Source: the human T2T-CHM13v2.0 reference genome, Homo sapiens. From it: 64,000 nucleotides of DNA. The stretch lies in NCBI RefSeq assembly GCF_009914755.1, contig NC_060944.1. One strand, written 5' to 3'. A model generated the notes under the pieces. It ran no database searches, had not been told where the DNA came from, and saw only the letters and a list, made by a program, of their open reading frames with translations. Position numbers and translations under genes: made by a program. This document shows, piece after piece, positions 61,138 through 64,000 of the stretch (position 1 is its first letter; each line of letters opens with the position of its first letter).

Positions 61138-62869
61138 GTAAACAGAATCTTGGGGAAGAAGAAACACTGGCCTGGAACAGGGTCCTGCACATGGAGTCCC
61201 TGTTTCTAAGTGGTCTGTGGAAATGGGGTCTGGCTTCTCACTGGGAGCAGGGCTGAGATTTGTCCTACTTCTTCAGACCACCTCTGTTCTAAGAAACTTG
61301 AAGGCTCTCAGGATAGAGCAGGATCTGTGATCGGAGCTGGGGAGGAGGGTAAGGCAAATCCCATACAGTTGCCTCCAAAGGTAGAAATGATCTTGAAATC
61401 CCAAACTTCTATCCTGTCACTTCGGGTCAGTCCAGTCAAGCCCTGCCTCATTTCACTTTTGTTTTTTTTGCTGCCGATATTCCCTCCTGAGGTAACAATT
61501 ATATAATATTACTTCCCCCAGTTTTCTTGGTCTTACAGAGAGGTCTCTGATTTTTTGTTTGTTTGTTTGTTCTTGGATGTGGTTAACAGAACAGGAAAGG
61601 CTGTTTCTATATATGTATAGGACTGTAAAATGGAAAATGAAAAAAAAAATTCTGTGTGGGAACTATTGGAAGTCTATATCAGATTTCAGCTCTGTTTGTG
61701 TAAGCATTTCTTATTTTTAATTTATTCTGTAGCTTATATTTACAAAACCAAGACAAGAACACTGAAAGTTATTTAGAAATAAATTGGCCACATTTCATCA
61801 CTGCTTGCATTTTTTCACTTGTAACCAACTGATATATGAGCTTATAACCTGCTTTATTTTTTTACCTACGATTCTATCAGGAAAATTTTCACAGGTCTTG
61901 AATATTCCTTGAAAATACAATTTGCAGTAGATGCTTATAATTCTGTCATATTTTTGTACCAATATTAACTTGGAAAGTCCTTAATTGTGTGTCATTTGGA
62001 TTATTTTTTCTAATGTGTGAGTACTGTAAATAACATTGTACAACCTTATTAATATATCATTGTGAGATTCTCTGTTTGTATAGGTAAATTTTAGAAGTTC
62101 CATTGCTTGGTCCAAGGGTATTATTTCTTCTAAGTTAACTGGCACATATTGCCAATGGTTACTATTGGAGTATTTGTATTTTTAACATTTGTATTTCATA
62201 TTTCTTGCAAATATTTTCAAATATATTGGTTGCTTCTAAAATGCATTATTTATTTGAGACACATAATTTTCATTTTCATGTCAAATCTATTGGTGTTTTC
62301 TTTGCATTCTTCCACTAACTTAGTAAGTCCTTCTCCGTGTTGAGAACAGTTATTCACCTATGATTTTGTTTTTTACACCGGACTCAATCCCACCTTTTTA
62401 CATAAGGCACAATGAAATAAACTAATATTCTTTAGTATAATTTCCTAATGGGTTATATAATAACTCCATAGCCCGCCTCTAGAGATAGTAGTTTATATTC
62501 CCTAATTTGCAGAAATGTTCAAATTGATAGTGGATAAGAGGAAATTATAATGCTCTCATGGTTGTCTCAAAAGATGTTTCAGGCCTATTGCATCCTTGAA
62601 ATTCTATGAGTTTAAATTGCCTGATTTCTCCCTCTGTCTCTGGAACATTAGTGACATACATCGACATACATCACATACTTGTATGTTGTCCTTTTTCTAC
62701 ACTTTGTGTGTGTGTATATATATTCTAACATATACATATATATAATGTTAAAAACTCAATCATCAGAGGAGGATTAAACAGCTGATAAGGGATAATAGTA
62801 GTGGTAATAGCATTCAAAAACGTTTGCTCTGTTCACTTACTGTCAATTACCTCATATTTCTTTCATTTA

Positions 62870-63060
62870 TTGTACTTATCACAATCTGTAGTTATTTTGT
62901 TTATTCATTTACTTGTTTATTTTCTTTCTCCCCCTCTCCAATGTAAGGTCCTCAAATCATGTCTTTCTGTTCATTGTTTTATTCCCTGCATCTTGCAGAA
63001 TTCTTGACATGGTAGGCACTCATCATATACTTGTTGATTAAGTACAGTAATGAGTTAAGC
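62870..63060 (+). mobile_element. L2 3' end in DEFB126 intron
   Basis: tctccccctctccaatgtaaggtcctc...gacatggtaggcactcatcatatacttgttga. Confidence 0.65.
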
Positions 63061-63865
63061 AAGGTAAGAAAGAGCTCCAGCGTCACTCTAGGGCCTCTAT
63101 GTGTTAAACCATGTGATGAGATATTTTCATATGTATATAATATGTACACATATATAGGCAAACCCTGCAGAATGTCTCCCTAATGAATATATTCCTAATG
63201 GAATGGCTTTTTTTATTCTCAAAATTTTGTAAAATGTACTTATATCTCAATATCATATAGGTATATAGGTATAGATGAAAATTTTTTATTTATCTTTCCA
63301 TAACTTGACATGACATTTTTAACCAGATAATATGTAAGATAAGCCTACAGTTATCTTCTAAATATAATTTTTAGGATCTCAGAAACATGTAAGGGACATT
63401 TTGAAAATCTCACCAATTGGCAACAAAAGCCATATGTGTTTCAGTAATGGTGAGAAAGATGACAGCAATTATTTTAGCATTTCTTATTTTTGAAATGATA
63501 GTTTTTACTTCTGTTTAGGTGTTTGTGTTTTAGCTACATTTTAGGAAATTGCTTGGGGATTTTGTGTTCATGTATAACAACATGCTATATATTTTCCCAT
63601 TTAAAATCATGGGGAATTGGCCCCTGGTAAGTGTTTGTATACAGAATTCTGATTTCAGAAATGAGAATCTCATACATATCTAAAGAATTCTATGTGTGTT
63701 TATAAAATTTCACTTAATCCTCAAAGTAGGTATTTATGATTAGGAAAAACATGCTAAAGCAACTGGAAAGGCACTTGAATAAACAGTGCTCAAAAACTAT
63801 TGCTATTTTTTATCCTCCTGTGATAAATACTTAGGCTTAATAATCTATATAATTCCTTTATTCAG

Positions 63866-64000
63866 GTAATTGGTATGTGAAAAAGTGTCTAAACGACGTT
63901 GGAATTTGCAAGAAGAAGTGCAAACCTGAAGAGATGCATGTAAAGAATGGTTGGGCAATGTGCGGCAAAGGGACTGCTGTGTTCCAGCTGACAGACGTGC
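63866..64000 (+). CDS. DEFB126: Beta-defensin 126 exon 2, partial, frameshifted allele
   Basis: Acceptor ttcctttattcag|GT; [34 protein letters not shown] then [10 protein letters not shown]; CC codons (63975-63980) out of frame; runs off the window end. Confidence 0.95.

Overview
Human (primate) genomic DNA from the epididymal beta-defensin cluster on distal 20p13. It contains the complete two-exon DEFB125 gene (+; 6142-6199 and 14438-14850, 156 aa) and DEFB126 (+; exon 1 61080-61137, exon 2 from 63866 running off the window end). The rest is mostly repeats: many L1 copies including a full-length but inactivated L1PA2/3-type element (48400-54447) with an intact ORF0, 11 Alus, L2/MIR, MER75, MER1B, MER94 and an ERVL-class LTR with internal remnant. 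Nearly all ORFs in the supplied track are repeat-derived or spurious. Main observations: (1) DEFB126 is frameshifted here, with CAAA missing at ~63966-63970, which puts the final Cys-Cys out of frame. (2) An apparently decayed extra beta-defensin exon 2 lies behind a good splice acceptor ~450 bp upstream of the DEFB125 ATG and may be reused as a 5' UTR exon. (3) Both defensin exon junctions regenerate AG|GT donor-like sites and share intron phase 1. (4) Several unusual retrotransposition or repair footprints occur, including a poly(A)-tailed orphan insert upstream of DEFB126 and an L1 5'UTR copy pasted into the same L1's ORF2. Repeat subfamily names are from memory of consensus sequences, and boundaries of old repeats are approximate.
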